A stretch of DNA of 64,000 nt from an uncultured Gemmatimonadales bacterium (GCA_963748035.1 CAVVHO010000004.1:477331-541330); one strand, 5' to 3'. Counted from the stretch's first letter, positions 51,106 through 63,689 are shown. The notes: generated by a model from the letters alone, not told the origin. Program-made: numbers and translations.

Positions 51106-51209
51106 GGCGGGCCGTAAAGGGCCGGCCCTAGGTGAGCAAGGGAGCGGGCATCGAGCAAGAGGGCAGCGCGGGCATCTTCCTCATGCGGGGCCGGCCTTTA
51201 CGGCCCGCC
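51106..51209. repeat. REP2 inverted-repeat unit
   Basis: GGCGGGCCGTAAAGGGCCGGCC...GGGGCCGGCCTTTACGGCCCGCC, between ttcA and the cytochrome c gene. Confidence 0.85.
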
Positions 51210-51220
51210 ATGACGTAATC

Positions 51221-52289
51221 TCAGCGCGCGGCGGTCTGACGCGCCGCCGCCGATGGCGTCCGCGACGAGAGGTACGCGGCGATCGCGACGAAGTCGTCGC
51301 CGGTCAGCTTGTCGACGACCGGCTTCATCAACGACGTCCACACGCCGTTACGCGTGCCGACCTGCATGTCGTACAGCTGTCGGACGACATAGCTCGGCGA
51401 TCGGCCCGCGATGCCCGGCACCGGCCCGAGCCCTTCGAGCGTCGGCCCGTGGCACACCGCGCACGCGGTCGTCTTGCCGTTGCCGCCGGTCTTCACGAGC
51501 GCCTCGCCCGCCTTGATGCTGCCAACCGGCACGTACGCCACGAAGCCCGAATGCGGATCGCGAATCTCGGTGCGCTCGAAACTCTCCGGCGATTCGACGA
51601 TGCGCGCGCCGAGCGGTTCGGTGTCGGTGCCTTCGAGCTTGACGAACATGCCGTTCAGCAGGCGCGTCTTCGGCACGGTCTTCGTTTCGACGACCCGGAT
51701 GTACTGCGTCCACGGAATCGAGGAGTAGTACTTCGCCGCGTCCTTGATTTCCTGGTCGGTCATCGCCTGGGCAAAGCGCGACCATCCGGTTGGTATTGAC
51801 CTTCCGCGGGTCCGCGCTGTGCCTCAGGCCGTTCTTGAAATCCATCATCGCCTGCACGAAGTAGTCGTACGGCAGGCCGGCGATCCCGGCGTTCTCCTGC
51901 CGGCCGTGCCCGCCGATGTAATGGCACAAGCCGCACGCGTTGATGGCGGCGTCGCGCCGGCCGTGCGCGACGATCTCGGGCACGGCCGCCGGATGGTCCG
52001 CTGGAAACCAGTCGGCCGGACCGTAGGGGTCGTTGGCCTGCGTGCGCGTAAACGTGCGGGTGGCGCCCGGAAGGCTGAGTTGCGTCGTATCAGTCGAGGC
52101 GGCAGGAGCGGCCGCTGCAGCCGGAGCCGCCGGCGTGGGCGGCGGGACAAACGGCGCCGGCACGCTGCCTGGAGGCGGCGGATCGACGAAGCCGTACGCC
52201 CACGATGGATGCTGCGCGGCGGCGTGAAGCACTGCGACCGCAAGAACCGACGCCACGACACAGATCAACACGGCGATGGACTTTCGCAT
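51221..52289 (-). CDS. dihaem c-type cytochrome (one frameshift here)
   Basis: ATG at 52289 after GGAGAGAGG, with a signal peptide. The haem sites are CGLCHY and CAVCHG. The junction between track frames is near 51780. Confidence 0.75.
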
Positions 52290-52348
52290 GCGGCACCTCT
52301 CTCCTAACGGTGGCGATTGTAGCGCAGCCCGAGGGCTTCGGGTTTCAG

Positions 52349-53841
52349 CTACAGCGACGGCCTGCGGCGGTGCCACTCGGTCGCCTGCTCGTAGGCGTGC
52401 GCCAGGGCCAGCACGGCCGGTTCGCCGAGCGGCGGCCCGCTGATCGTCAGCCCGATCGGAAGGCCGCTGCTGCTGAATCCGCAGGGCACCGAGATGGCGG
52501 GAGTCCCGTAGATGTCGAACGGCTGCGTGTTCCGCAGCGTCAGCGCCACGCTGCCTGCCGGCGGCGTGCTCATGTCGTTGAGCGCCTCGTCGACGCGTCA
52601 TCGGCAGCACCGCGGTCGTCGGCGTGATGAGCAGATCGACGCTCGCAAACACCGTGCGAATGTCGCGGCGCAGCCGATCGAGCTCGCGGCGGCCTTCGAT
52701 GTACGCCGCGGCAGAGACGCGGGATCCCGCCTCGAGCCGACGACGGGTCATCGGCTTGTACCGCTCGGGCGTCTTGGTGAAGTACGGCGCGTGAAACGCG
52801 TAGGCTTCCGCGCCGGCGACGGGCAGTATCTGGTACGACGGAAGCGTGACGTCGCGTGCGCCCGACGTGAGCCGCCGAAGCACGTCGAGCGCGCCGTCAA
52901 CCGCACGTGCAATCTCGGGGTCGAGCGTGTCGTAGAAGACGGCCCTCGGCACGCCGAGCCGCAGGCTCGACACCTTGCCGCCGCAGCGCGGCGGCGTAGT
53001 CGGGCGGCGACACCGCGAGGCTGCTGGTCTCGAGCGGATCGTGACCGGCGATCGGCTGCAGCGTCAGCGCGACATCCGCGACGGTGCGGCACATCGGGCC
53101 GACGTGATCCAACGACCAGGAGAGTGGAACGACGCCGCGCGTGCTGACGAGGCCGTAGGTCGGCTTGAGACCCGCGATCCCGCAGTACGCCGCCGGCTGG
53201 CGGATCGATCCGCCGGTATCCGAACCGAGCGCCGCGTAACAGAGCCCGGTCGCGACGGCCGCCGCCGATCCTCCCGAGGATCCGCCGGGCACGCGGTTCA
53301 GGTCCCATGGATTGCGCACGGGTCCGAAGTGGCTTTGCGCCGAGCTGTCGCCGTACGCGAACTCGTGCATGTTCAGCTTGCCGAGCACGACCGCGCCGGC
53401 AGCCCTGAGCCGGCGAACCACTTCCGCATCCTCGGAGGGCACGCGGTCCTCGAAGATCGCGCTGGCGGCGGTGGTTCGCACACCTGCGGTGTCGAACAGA
53501 TCCTTGAGCGCGATGGGGATTCCATGCAGCGGTCCGCGCCAGCGCCCCTTGGCGATGTCGCTTTCCGCCGCGCGCGCGTCGGCGAGCGCCTGCTCGGCGG
53601 TCACGGTGATGAACGCATTCAGGCGTGGGTTGAGCCGCTCAACGCGGGCGAGACACGCACGCGTGAGCTCAACCGGCGAGACCTTCTTCCGCCGTACCAG
53701 CTCGCTGACCTCCGCCAGCGACATCATCGCGAGATCGTCTGCGGCGCGCTGGGAACCTGCGCACCCACAGCACGCGCGCCCAGCGCCGCCGCATACGCGC
53801 CCGCGCGTGGCTCTCAGGAAATCCCGCCTGTCCTCGTGCAC
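52349..53841 (-). CDS. amidase-signature enzyme with Tat-like leader (at least three frameshifts here)
   Basis: RRDFLRA leader. PLHGIPIALKDLFDTAG, GGSSGGSAAAVATG, ALGSDTGGSIRQPAAYCGIAGLKPTYG. The C-terminus PCGFSSSGLPIGLTISGPPLGEPAVLALAHAYE is in track ORF 52349..52573. Confidence 0.8.
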
Positions 53842-53942
53842 GTCGTCCTCCGGTCGGGTGATTCTAGCCGACCTATAATCGGACGTTTCGCATCATTCAT
53901 CGCTGTTCGTTCCCGCTTCGTTTCATTTCGTGGAGGATCATT

Positions 53943-55413
53943 CATGACAAGAACTTCAATCACAGGCGCGACGCTCGTCACCGCTGATGCTCGCGTGGCT
54001 GTCGATCGGCGTGCGCGCGCAAAGCACCGTCGACCGTCGTCGCCAACGCATCGAAGGCAACCGGCGTCGAGAACCTCTCGTCGATCACGTTCTCCGGATC
54101 CGCGCAGAACGCCAACTTCGGACAGAGCATCGAACATCGGCACGCCGTGGTCGCCCACCGGCGATCACGCGCATCACCAACTACACGCGCACGATTGACT
54201 TGAATCAGCCGGCGTCGCGAGCGTTCGGCCCGACGCAGCCGCCGCAGGTGCCTGGCGCGCCGGCGCCCATGCCGGGCAACTTCAACCAGAACATCACGCC
54301 GGCGCAGAACAACTGGACGCAGCAGCTCGAAATCTGGATCACGCCGTGGGGATTCCTGAAGGGCGCGGCGGCCAACAACGCGACGATGCGGCAGGCCGGC
54401 GGCACGACGCGTCGTGTCATGGTCGCCGGCCATGAAAGCGCCGTCGGGTCAGGCCTACGTCGTGACCGGCTACATCAACGACCAGAACCTCGTGGAGAAG
54501 GTCGAAACGCGCGTCGACCATCCGATCCTCGGCGACATGCTCGTCGAAGCGCGAGTACTCCGACTACAAGGATTTCGGCGGCGTGAAGGTGCCAGGGCGG
54601 ATCGTCCAGAAGCGCGCCGGACTTCAGACATTCGAGGCCACGGTGACGAGCGCCACGCGCGAACCCGGCAAATCTCACAGAGCTGCTGACGCCGCCGGCC
54701 CCGGCCGGCCAGGGCGGCGGCGGCGCCGCGGCGGCCGCGCCTGCGTCGAAACGCAGCGTCTGGCCGATGGCGTGTTTCGGATCACGGGCGGTTATGTCGC
54801 GCTCGCGGTCGACATGGGCGATCACATCGTGGTGCTCGAAGGGCCGCAGAACGAGGCGCGCGCGCTGGCGGTGATCGCGGCCGCGAAGCAGGCGATCCCG
54901 AACAAGCCGATCCGCTTCGTCGTCAACACCCATCCGCACTTCGATCACGCGGGCGGGCTGGCGCCGTTTGTCGCCGAGGGCGCGACCATTCTCACGCACG
55001 AGAACAACGAACGGTTCCTCGAGCGGGCGCTCGCGGCGCCGCGGAGGCTGGTCGGCGACACGCTGGCGAAGTCGAACCGGAAGCCGAATGTCGAAGGCGT
55101 CGGCGACCGCCGCGTGCTTCGAGGCGGCGAACCGCACCATCGAGCTGCATCACGTGGCGAACCTTCAGCACTCGGACGGGATGCTGATGAGCTATCTGCC
55201 GAACGAGAAGATCCTCTTCACGGCGGACTTCGGGATTCCGAATCCCGGCGCGCGCGCCGGCGCCCGTGAACCCGTCGCTCACGGTGCTGGTGGCGAACCT
55301 CGAACGGCTGAAGCTCGACTTCACGACCGTACATCATGGTGCACCCGCCGGTGCCCGATCGTCCGCTGACGCGGGCGGATCTCATGGCTGCGGCTGGTCG
55401 CGGGACGAACTGA
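53943..55413 (+). CDS. MBL-fold metallo-hydrolase with N-terminal extension (at least four frameshifts here)
   Basis: ATG at 53943 after GGAGGA. ...VFRITGGYVALAVDMGDHIVVLEGPQ...IRFVVNTHPHFDHAGGLAPFVAEGATILTHE (HxHxDH) ...LPNEKILFTADF... The corrected tail ends TGA at 55411-55413. Confidence 0.7.
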
Positions 55414-56157
55414 GGATCTGCCGAATCTCGTAGAGGCGTGGCGAGGCGGTCGCCGGGTCGATCGCCTCGCGCATCAGACGCCGGATGCGTCAGGATGTCG
55501 CGCGACCACGACAAACGTGCGCGACAGGCCGTATTTCGAGCGCCCATGCTGCCGCGGCCGGTGGTTGACGACCACCTCGGTGATGCGCCCGCCCAAGCTG
55601 ACTGGCCAGCGCCGGCAGGTAGCGATGCATGCCGGGCCTCAGCTTCAGCGGCTTGACGACCTCGGCGCGAAACACCTTCAGCGAGCAGCCGTTGTCGTGA
55701 AGGCGGATGCCGGTCACGAGTCCGAGCAGCCAGTTCGCGACCACCGACGGCACGTGGCGCGTGAGGAACGCGTCCTTGTCGATCCTTGCGCCATCCGCAC
55801 ACGATGTCGTGGTCGCGGGCCAGCGTCGAGCATCTTCGGGATGTCGGCGGGATCGTTCTGCAGGTCGCCGTCCGATGGTGACGATGAACCGGCCGCGCGC
55901 GTACGGCGAAGCCGGCGGCGAAGGCGGCGGTCTGGCCGAAGTTCCGCGTGAACCGAATCACGCGCACCCGCGGATCGCGCGACTGGATCTCGCGCAAGCG
56001 TCTCGAACGTCGCGTCCTCGCTCCCGTCGTCGATCAGGATGATCTCGTACGGGATGCCGAGTCGGCTGCGAGGACGCGCCGTCAGCTCCTCGTGCAGCGG
56101 CACGACGTTGAGCTCCTCGTCGCGAAGCGGAATGACGAGCGAGACCTCGGGCGTCAC
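55382..56157 (-). CDS. family-2 glycosyltransferase (polyprenyl-phosphate sugar synthase-like; at least four frameshifts here)
   Basis: GTG at 56157. VTPEVSLVIPLRDEELNV...YEIILIDDGSEDATFETL | REIQSRDPRVRVIRFTRNFGQTAAFAAGF | ...VANWLLGLVTGIRLHDNGCSLKVFRAEVV...GMHRYLPAL. The corrected tail is IRRLMREAIDP...RDQPQP*. Confidence 0.75.
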
Positions 56158-56728
56158 GCGCGGCCGTGCCGCTGGCAGCACGACCACCAGCCGACCGCGG
56201 CCAGCCGACGATGACGCCGGCGAGCGCCAGGCGCCACACTGCGGCCATGCGTCCGCATCAACTCGAGCGCCGCGTCGCCGTACCAGATCGCGAGCATGCC
56301 GAGCGCCAGGTAGCGGACGCCGCGGGCGATCGCAATCGCCGTCACGAATTGCACCGGCCGCACGCTGCGCCACGCCCGCCAGCGAGCACGAACAGCTTGA
56401 AGGGCGCCGGCGGCGGCAGCAGCGCCGGCACCATCAGCGCCAGCAGGCCGTGACGCTGGTAGAGCGCCAGCGCGCGCTCGGATGTGCCGGCGTTCAGCCG
56501 CTTGCGGAGAAACGCCTCGCCGCCCTTTTCGGCGAGGTAGTAGATCACGTAGCAGCCGGCGACCGAGCCGAGCGTCGCCATCGCGGCGTAGTACAGCATC
56601 CAGGCCTTGTTCTGCGTGACCATCAGCACGACGAGGATGTCGTTGATCTGCGGCAGCGAGACGAAGGAGGAGTCGAGGAAGGCGACGGCGAAGAGGCCGG
56701 GGCCGCCGATGGCCAGCGGCAAAGCCAT
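56154..56728 (-). CDS. YqaA/DedA-type (SNARE-associated) membrane protein (one frameshift here)
   Basis: MALPLAIGGPGLFAVAFLDSSFVSLPQINDILVVLMV...YYLAEKGGEAFLRKR...LLALMVPALLPPPAPFKLFVL | ...VRPVQFVTAIAIARGVRYLALGMLAIWYG. Confidence 0.6.
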
Positions 56729-56799
56729 GGAGCCAGTCGATGAACGATTTCACTCGAGGTGGTTGCTGACGCGTTATCCTGAGGACAGCTCCGTGATTA

Positions 56800-58298
56800 T
56801 AGCCCGCATCGCTCGCGGCGCGCCGCCACGGCGCGCCGGCCTCGCCGCATGGATCGTCTTCCTGCGCGCCGGGCTCGTCCTCAGCCACTACGACGCGCAA
56901 GGCCCATCTCGTCGTCGCGCGGCGCGTCATCGACAGCATCACGCCGGGCTGGCAGCAGATCGGCGCCGTCTGGCTGCCGCTGCCCCATCTGATTCAATCT
57001 CTCCCGACACAGATCGACTTCTTCTATCGCACCGGCGCGTTCGCATCGCTGCGTGTCGATCGCCTGCTTCGGCATCACCGCGTATGCCAGCGCGCGGCTC
57101 GTGCTGGCGATGACCGGCTCGCGCGCTCGGCGCGGTCGACGGCGACGGCGCTGCTCGCGCTCAATCCGAATCTGCTGTACCTCCAGGCCACGCCGATGAC
57201 CGAGCCGCTGCTGCTCGCGGCGCACGTTCCTGGCGGTGCTCTGGCTCTACGAATGGGTCGCCGCTCAACGTCGGACGACGGTTCCCACGCGGCTCGAGGT
57301 GGCGCTCGTTCGCGGCGACATGGACACGGTACGAGGCGTGGCCGGTTCTCGCCGCGGCCATCGGCTGCGGCCGCTCTTCGCCTCGTGGACGGCGTGCGCG
57401 TGCCCGCGTGGCGCGTCGCGCGGCGCGGCTGCGATCTGGCCATCTGGCCGGTCGTCGGCCGTTCTCGCTGTTCGTGCTCAACAGCCGGATCACGGTCGGC
57501 GCGTGGTTCGTGAGCGAGCGGCTTCTACGTGCCGGACCCCGCGCTACCAGGGGCCGGCTCTGCGCAGTCTCATCGCGGTCTGGTGGGGCACGCACGAGCT
57601 GAGCGACACGTCGACCGAGCTCGTCGCGCTCGCGACAGCCGCGGTGCTTCTGGCGCTGCGCGCGCTCGTGCAGCCGCGCCGAAGCGCCGATGCTCGTGAC
57701 CGCTCGCGCTGCTTCGCCGCCGGCGCGCTTCCGCTTCTACGCGTTCTACGAGGGGCATCCCTTCCGCATCCGCTACATGATGCCGCTCGTCGCCGCCTGC
57801 GCGCTGTTCTGCGGGCTGGCGGTCGGACTCGCTGCGGCGGGATCGCGGCGATCGTCGCTGGCGGCGCTGCGCTCGTCTCGTGATGCTCGGCATCACGCTG
57901 ATCCAGTCGCCGCCGTGGAAGCGCGACGCGCCGATGCTGCTCGAGGCGCAGTGGGATCGTGCCGCCAGCGAAGGCCGCCGCGCCGTCACGCGCCTGCCTG
58001 GCGCCGCGGTACCGCAGGCGAGAAGATCCTCGCGAGCATGGGATCGCTCGCGCACTACATGCAGGAGCTGTCCCGCGAGGGATTCGCGCATCGCGCGACT
58101 TCATTCACGAAGGCAACGGCGCGATCTGGAAGCTGGCGCTCGAGACCGGGCCGGCGCCGCACGCGGGCTGGATGCTCGTCGAGGAGCAGTCGGAAGGCGG
58201 CGACGTGCTCGCGCAGCGGATTCGCCGCGATCCGCACTTCACGCGACGGGATGCACGGGTCTGCGAAGGCGGCGGCGTTGCCTTGTACAAACGCGTAG
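56800..58298 (+). CDS. large polytopic membrane protein, possibly ArnT/PMT-like glycosyltransferase (heavily frameshifted; ends approximate)
   Basis: Fragments in several frames read KAHLVVARRVIDSITPGWQQIGAVWLPLPHLIQSLPTQIDFFYRTGAFAS, ALLALNPNLLYLQATPMTEPLLLA, FYAFYEGHPFRIRYMMPLVAACALF and HEGNGAIWKLALETGPAPHAGWMLVEEQSEGGDVLAQRI. The family call is inferred from the adjacent GT2 gene and is weak. Confidence 0.35.
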
Positions 58299-58370
58299 TC
58301 AGAATCAGAAGTCAAGCTCAAAGCCAACTGCCTGGACATTCGGAGTTCTGACGTTCGAACTTGGCAGTTC

Positions 58371-59094
58371 CTACCGTCCGAACCGCATCCCGACCGTGAA
58401 CTGATAGGTCCAGCCGCCGAGATCGATGCGCGGATTGCGTCGGCCGCGAAGGTCGTGCCGAGGCTCGCCGTCGGCCTTCTGATACCGGATTTCGCCGCCG
58501 GCGCTCAGCGCTGTCGCCCGCGAAGCGAATGCCGCCGAGCACGACCGGACCCGTCTCGCTGCCCGATCGCGACGAACGAGTCGCGGAAGATCGCGATTCC
58601 GTCGCCGAAGTCGATGAACTCGCCCGCTCTCGCTGTAGCGCCAGTTGATGATGCCGAGTGCCGCCACCGAAGTACGGCTGCACGCCGGACGACTGGCCCG
58701 AGCGGCAGCACGCGGACGGTGAACGCGACGGGAACCAGCCGCAGCCGCAGGTCCTGCTCGATCTCGCTGCCATCGGTGTCGACGAAGTCCTCGTAGACGC
58801 TCGGAACCGTGCGTCGCGAGAAGCTGACGCCCTGCGCCCGCCTCGAGATAGTTGCCCAGCGGCACCAGCCACTCGCCGCCGACCGACGCGCCGTTGAAAT
58901 CCTTGACGTCGAAGACGAACGCGTTGCGGTTGGTCGTTGAGCATGTCGCGCGTCGACGCGCGCGTCTTCGCCGCGTGGGCGTGAAGTAGCCGAGGGAAAA
59001 GTTCAGCGTCTGCTGCGCCGAGCGCCGGGCGCGCGGCATCCGACGAGCATCGCGCACGCCGCAATCGCCAGCACAGCCGAGTCTGCTGACGCAT
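58371..59094 (-). CDS. outer-membrane beta-barrel protein (heavily frameshifted)
   Basis: ATG at 59094. Signal-like AVLAIAACAMLVG, then QQTLNFSLGYFTP, FVFDVKDFNGASVGGEWLVPLGNYLEAGAG, and the terminal IDLGGWTYQFTVGMRFGR*. Confidence 0.45.
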
Positions 59095-59186
59095 TCGATG
59101 GCCTCCAGCCCGGCCGGTGTGCATGGCAAGTGCCATTGCAGAATCGCGTCGAGAATGCTGAGCATTTCGGCGCGATGACTGCGACG

Positions 59187-60016
59187 TCAGTCCGTCCGCT
59201 TTCGAGCACGGCCGGCGCGGAACTCGCGGATGACGTCGAGCATCTGCGTCGTGCACGCGGCCGTTCGACGCGACCAGATGCGCCGGCCGCAGGGTCGAAC
59301 GGCGACGCCGTCCATGCCGGTGACGCGTCCGCCGGCCTCTTCGACGATCAGCGCGCCGGCCGCGACGTCCCAGGGCTTCAGATGCTGTTCCCAGAACGCC
59401 TCGAAGCGACCGGCCGCGACGTAGCAGAGATCGAGCGCCGCCGATCCCAGACGACGCACGGCGCGCGCGCGTCCGAGGAACGCGCCGAACAGCTCGACGA
59501 GATCGCGCGCTCTGCTTGTGCACGTCGTAGGGAAATCCGGTGACGAGCAGCGCATCGATCAGCGTCGTCGGTGTCCGACACCGCCAGCTGCCGGCCGTTG
59601 AGAAACGCGCCTTCGCCGCGCTCGGCGGTGAACAGCTCCTGCCGGGTCGGGTCGAAGACGGCGCCGACATCGACCGCGGCCGTCGATCTCGAGGCCGAGC
59701 GACGAGCAGAAGATCGGCAGGCCGTGCGCGTAGTTGGTCGTGCCGTCGAGCGGATCGAAGACCCAGCGATAGCGTCGAGCGCGGCGCGTCGGCCGCGCCC
59801 CCGCCCAACTCCTCGGCGAGCACGTCGTGATCGGGAAAGCGCTCGGCGATGACCGCGCGACACATCCGCTCGCACTCGAGATCGACCTCGGTGACGAGAT
59901 CGATCTCGCCCTTCTTGGTCGACGCGGAAGCCGGACTCGCGCCGCGCCAGCTGGATCGCGCCGGCGCGCAGGACGATTTCGATGGCGGTGGCGAGGAAAT
60001 GGATCGGACGGTTCAT
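59187..60016 (-). CDS. inositol-monophosphatase-family protein (at least three frameshifts here)
   Basis: [23 protein letters not shown]..., ...[30 protein letters not shown]..., [46 protein letters not shown] (WD(V/I)AAG motif). Confidence 0.75.
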
Positions 60017-60472
60017 CGATCAGGCTCGATCCGCTGCGGCTGAGCGCGCTTGACCATCACCACTTCCATGCCGCCCTGCGGCGCGCGCTGCAGCACCATT
60101 TCGTCCATGAAGCTGCGAATGAGGAAGATGCCGCGGCCGCTCGACTTGAGGAGGTTCTCCGGCGCGCAGCGGATCGGGCACCGCCTCGGGATCGAAGCCG
60201 GAGCCTTCGTCACGGACGCGGATGGCGACGCCGCTGGCGCGCTCGTCGTCGAGCGGCGTGAACTCGACGTGCACGCGCTTGCTGCGCGTCGTTGCGCGTT
60301 GCCGTGCTTGATGGCGTTGATGACCGACTCGCGCACGGCCACGCCCACCCAGTGGACGCGCGTCGTCGTCGAGTCCGGCCATCCGTCCGATGTGGTCGCT
60401 GACGACCTGCACGAAGTCGAGCATGTCGAAGGAGCTGTGGAAGTCGAGACGGACAGCGTTGCCGCAGGTCAT
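60013..60472 (-). CDS. anti-sigma regulatory factor, RsbW/SpoIIAB-like Ser kinase (HATPase_c; two frameshifts here)
   Basis: ATG at 60472. MTCGNAVRLDFHSSFDMLDFVQVVSDHIG... | GVAVRESVINAIKHGN | ...VAIRVRDEGSGFDPEAVPDP | ENLLKSSGRGIFLIRSFMDEMVL. The stop overlaps the IMPase ATG (ATGA). Confidence 0.7.
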
Positions 60473-60614
60473 CAGGGACTGCCGGACTGATTGAGTGCAC
60501 TCGCACAAGTCCGGGCGATCAGCGGGCTGCACACGGAGCGGCCCTGCAGATTGACGGCACGTGCACCGTGCCATTGACACGTCGCACCGTGCACGCTCCT
60601 GTTATAGTCGTCGG

Positions 60615-61935
60615 ATGTCTTCGGTCATGGTGCACCCGGCCCCGCGGGTGCGGGGCCGCGTGCGGCCGCCGGGCGACAAGTCCATCTCTCACCGCTACGC
60701 GCCTGCTGGCCGCCATCGCCGACGGCGTCTCGACGATCCACGGCTACTCCACCGGCGCCGACTGCGCCTCCACGCTTCGCTGCCTGCGCGGCCTCGGCGT
60801 CGCGAATCGACGAAATCGGCCGGGATCCGGCGCTCGGGCATCGAGCATCCGGATCGAGGGCCGCGGCCTCCGCGGGCTGCGTCGCGCCCGCCGCGACGCT
60901 CGACGCCGGCAATTCCGGCAGCACGATGCGGATGCTCGCCGGGATCCTCGCCGCGCACCCGTTCCGCGACCTCGATCACCGGCGACGACTCGCTGCAGCG
61001 GCGCCCGATGCGCCGGATCATCGTCCCGCTCGAGCGCATGGGCGCGCGCGATCGCCTCCTCCGACGGCCGGCCGCCGCTGACCATCGAGGGCACCCGCGC
61101 GCTGGCGGCCATCGACTTCGAGCCCGAGGTGCCCAGCGCGCAGGTCAAGAGCGCGGTGCTGCTGGCCGGTCTCCACGCGGACGGCGTCACGCGGGTCCTC
61201 GAGCCGCTGCCCACGCGGGATCATACGGAGCGCGCGCTGGACGCGTTCGGCGTGCCGGTCGACGCGTGTCGGGCCAGCGTCGTCGGCCATCGAGGGCGGC
61301 CAGCGCCTGACCGGGCGCGACGCTCGACGTGCCGGGCGACATCTCGTCGGCGGCGTTCTGGATGGTGGCCGCCGCGGCGCTGCCCGGTTCGGAGGTCACC
61401 ATCGAGCACGTGGGCCTCAATCCCACCCGCGCGGCGGGCATCCTCGACATCCTTCGCCGGCATGGGCGCGAGCGTCGAGGTCACCCCGCGGCGGCGCCGT
61501 CACCGGCCGGCGAGCCGATCGGCACGATCGTCGTCCGCCACGACGCGCTCTGTCGAGCGCCGACATCGCCCGGACGAAGTGCCCGGCGTCATCGACGAGC
61601 TGCCGGTGCTGGCGGCGCTGGCCACGCACGGCGGCGAGCTGCGCGTGAGCGGGGCGCAGGAGCTGCGCGTCAAGGAGAGCGACCGCATCTCGGCGCTGGC
61701 CGACGGATTCCGGCGCATGGGCGCCGACATCGACGAGCAGCCGGACGGCTTTCACGTCCGCGGCGGCCGCCGGCTGCGGGGCGGCGAGGTGGACGCGCAC
61801 AACGATCATCGCCTGGCCATGGCGTTCGCGATCGCGGCGCTCGGCGCCTCGGGACCGACGACGATTCACGACGCCGGCGCGGCGGCGGTGTCGTATCCCG
61901 AGTTCTTTTCCGTGCTCGAGTCGCTGCGCGCGTGA
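60615..61935 (+). CDS. aroA: 3-phosphoshikimate 1-carboxyvinyltransferase (at least five frameshifts here)
   Basis: ATG at 60615. [14 protein letters not shown] | [33 protein letters not shown] ... [24 protein letters not shown] ... [18 protein letters not shown]...TRDHTERAL ... [26 protein letters not shown] ... [23 protein letters not shown]...[13 protein letters not shown]. Confidence 0.85.
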
Positions 61936-62427
61936 GGGCCGACAAGCTCTATCTGGTCGGATTCATGGGCGCCGGCAAGACCACCGTCGCGCGCGCGCTG
62001 GGCCGGCGGCTCGGCTGGCGCGTCGAGGACATCGACGAGCGCATCGAGGCGCGCGAGCGCCGCAGCGTCGTCGGCCATCTTCGCCCGCGAGGGCGAGCCG
62101 TACTTCCGGCAGGTCGAGCGGCGGTGCTGCAGGAGCTGCTGCCCGAGCGGAACATCGTGGTCGCCACCGGCGGCGGCACGTTCGTCGATCCGGACAATCG
62201 CGCCGTGATGCTGACCGACGGCGCCGTGGCCTGGCTCGACATTCCGCTGGCGCGCGTCATCGATCGCGTGCCGCCGACGGCCGCCGGCCGCTGGCCGCGG
62301 ATCGCGAGCAGATGGAGCAGCTGTACGAGCGCCGCCGGGTCGCCTACGCCAGGCGCACATGCGCATCGACGCGAGCAGACCGGTCGACGAAATCGTCGAA
62401 CGCCTGCTGGAGTGGATCGGCTACTGA
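61932..62427 (+). CDS. aroK: shikimate kinase (at least two frameshifts here)
   Basis: GTG at 61932 overlaps the aroA stop (GTGA). [39 protein letters not shown]... | [13 protein letters not shown] ... [16 protein letters not shown] ... [12 protein letters not shown]. Confidence 0.8.
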
Positions 62428-62428
62428 T

Positions 62429-63165
62429 GTGAGCTATCTCATCATCAGCGACATCCACGCCAATCTCGAGGCGCTCGAGGCGACGCTGGCGGCGGCCGGC
62501 CCGTACGATCGCGCGCTCGTGCTCGGCGATCTCGTCGGCTACGGCGCCGACCCGAACGCCGTCATCGATCGCGTGCGCGCGCTCCCCGGCGCCGTCATCA
62601 TCCGCGGCAATCACGACAAGGTCGGCGCGGGGCTCGAGGACGTCGAGGGCTTCAACCACCTGGCCCGGCACGCGATCGAGTGGACCGCCGCCGCGCTGAC
62701 CCCCGACAACCGCGACTGGCTCGCGGCGCTGCCGCAGGGCCCGGTGATCATCGACGACGCCGTCGAGATCTGCCACGGCACGCCGTTCGACGAGGACGTC
62801 TACGTCTTCGACGACCTCGACGCGCTGCGCGCGCTCCGGGCGGCGCGGCGGCCGCTCTGCCTGTTCGGCCACACGCACGTGCCGGCGGTCTTCAGGCTGG
62901 GCACGAATGCCGAGCTCTCGATGATGCCTCCCACCGCGCGTCTCGCCGTTCGATCTGCCGCTCGACCAGGGACGCCACCTGATCAACGGCGGCGCCGTCG
63001 GCCAGCCGCGCGACGGCGACTCCGCGCGCGGCATTCGGCTTCTTCGACACCGAGACGCGCACAGTGACGCTGATGCGCGCCACGTACGACGTCGCGGCCG
63101 CGCAGGCCAAGATCATTGCGGCCGGCTGCCCGAGGTGCTCGCGCAGCGGCTGGCGCTCGGACGGT
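62429..63165 (+). CDS. metallophosphoesterase (YfcE/MPP family; frameshifted at the 3' end, end approximate)
   Basis: GTG at 62429. [18 protein letters not shown]...[15 protein letters not shown]...IRGNHD...ICHGTP...CLFGHTHVP, then shifted frames read [14 protein letters not shown] and [32 protein letters not shown]. Confidence 0.75.
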
Positions 63166-63171
63166 ACGTCG

Positions 63172-63270
63172 ACTCCCAATTCCCAACGCCGAACTCCCAA
63201 ACGGATCTAGCTATCGTGCGATTCGGAGTTCGTTGGGAGTTGGGAGTTGGTCGTTGGGAGTTGGGCGTTG
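63172..63270. repeat. octamer-array hairpin (CTCCCAAN)n ... (GTTGGGAG)n
   Basis: ACTCCCAATTCCCAACGCCGAACTCCCAAACG is matched by TTCGGAGTTCGTTGGGAGTTGGGAGTTGGTCGTTGGGAGTTGGGCGTTG. The element lies between convergent genes. Confidence 0.9.
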
Positions 63271-63389
63271 AGCGGCGCATCTGCGCCGCGTACGCATCGG
63301 CGGCGGCGCGCGAGCCGAGAATCCATCCGATGACGATCCCGAGGACGAGGCACGCCCGGGATGTAGAGGAAGTGGGCGGCGGTCGGCAT

Positions 63390-63685
63390 CAGGGCCGCCG
63401 CGTCTTCTTGCAGATCCGACTCCAGCCGCTCGAGCTCGCGCTGCACGGTCGCGAGCCGGCGCGCCACCGACAGGACGTAGGCGAAGAGCGCCACCATCAC
63501 GAACGAGTACGCGGCGATCGAGCAGCGGCGCGGCCGGCAGCTGATCCTGCGGCGGCAGCTGGTCGATCGGCACGAACTCGTTCTGCTGCTGCGGGCTGCG
63601 CGGGCTGCTGGGCCGACGAGCGGCGTGCACGCGCACGCGCCAGCAGGAGCACGACGTCAGCGACGAGCGCGTCGAAGGATGTCAT
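63390..63685 (-). CDS. small membrane protein, CcmD-family-like (frameshifted; 3' end approximate)
   Basis: ATG at 63685, 5 nt after the corrected ccmC stop. Shifted frames give NEFVPIDQLPPQDQLPAAPLL | IAAYSFVMVALFAYVLSVARRLATVQRELERLESDL, the pattern I recall for CcmD-family proteins of Acidobacteria-like genomes. Confidence 0.35.
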
Positions 63686-63689
63686 CACG

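Noticed and set aside
51348-52973. Single 541-aa protein
   Set aside because: It is a chimera of the amidase C-terminal region, the intergenic spacer and the cytochrome c gene, partly in the wrong frame. The real genes are 51221-52289 and 52349-53841.
58318-59865. 515-aa ORF
   Set aside because: It runs out of frame across the OMP gene, the spacer and the inositol-monophosphatase gene. It is Arg/Ala-rich with no motifs.
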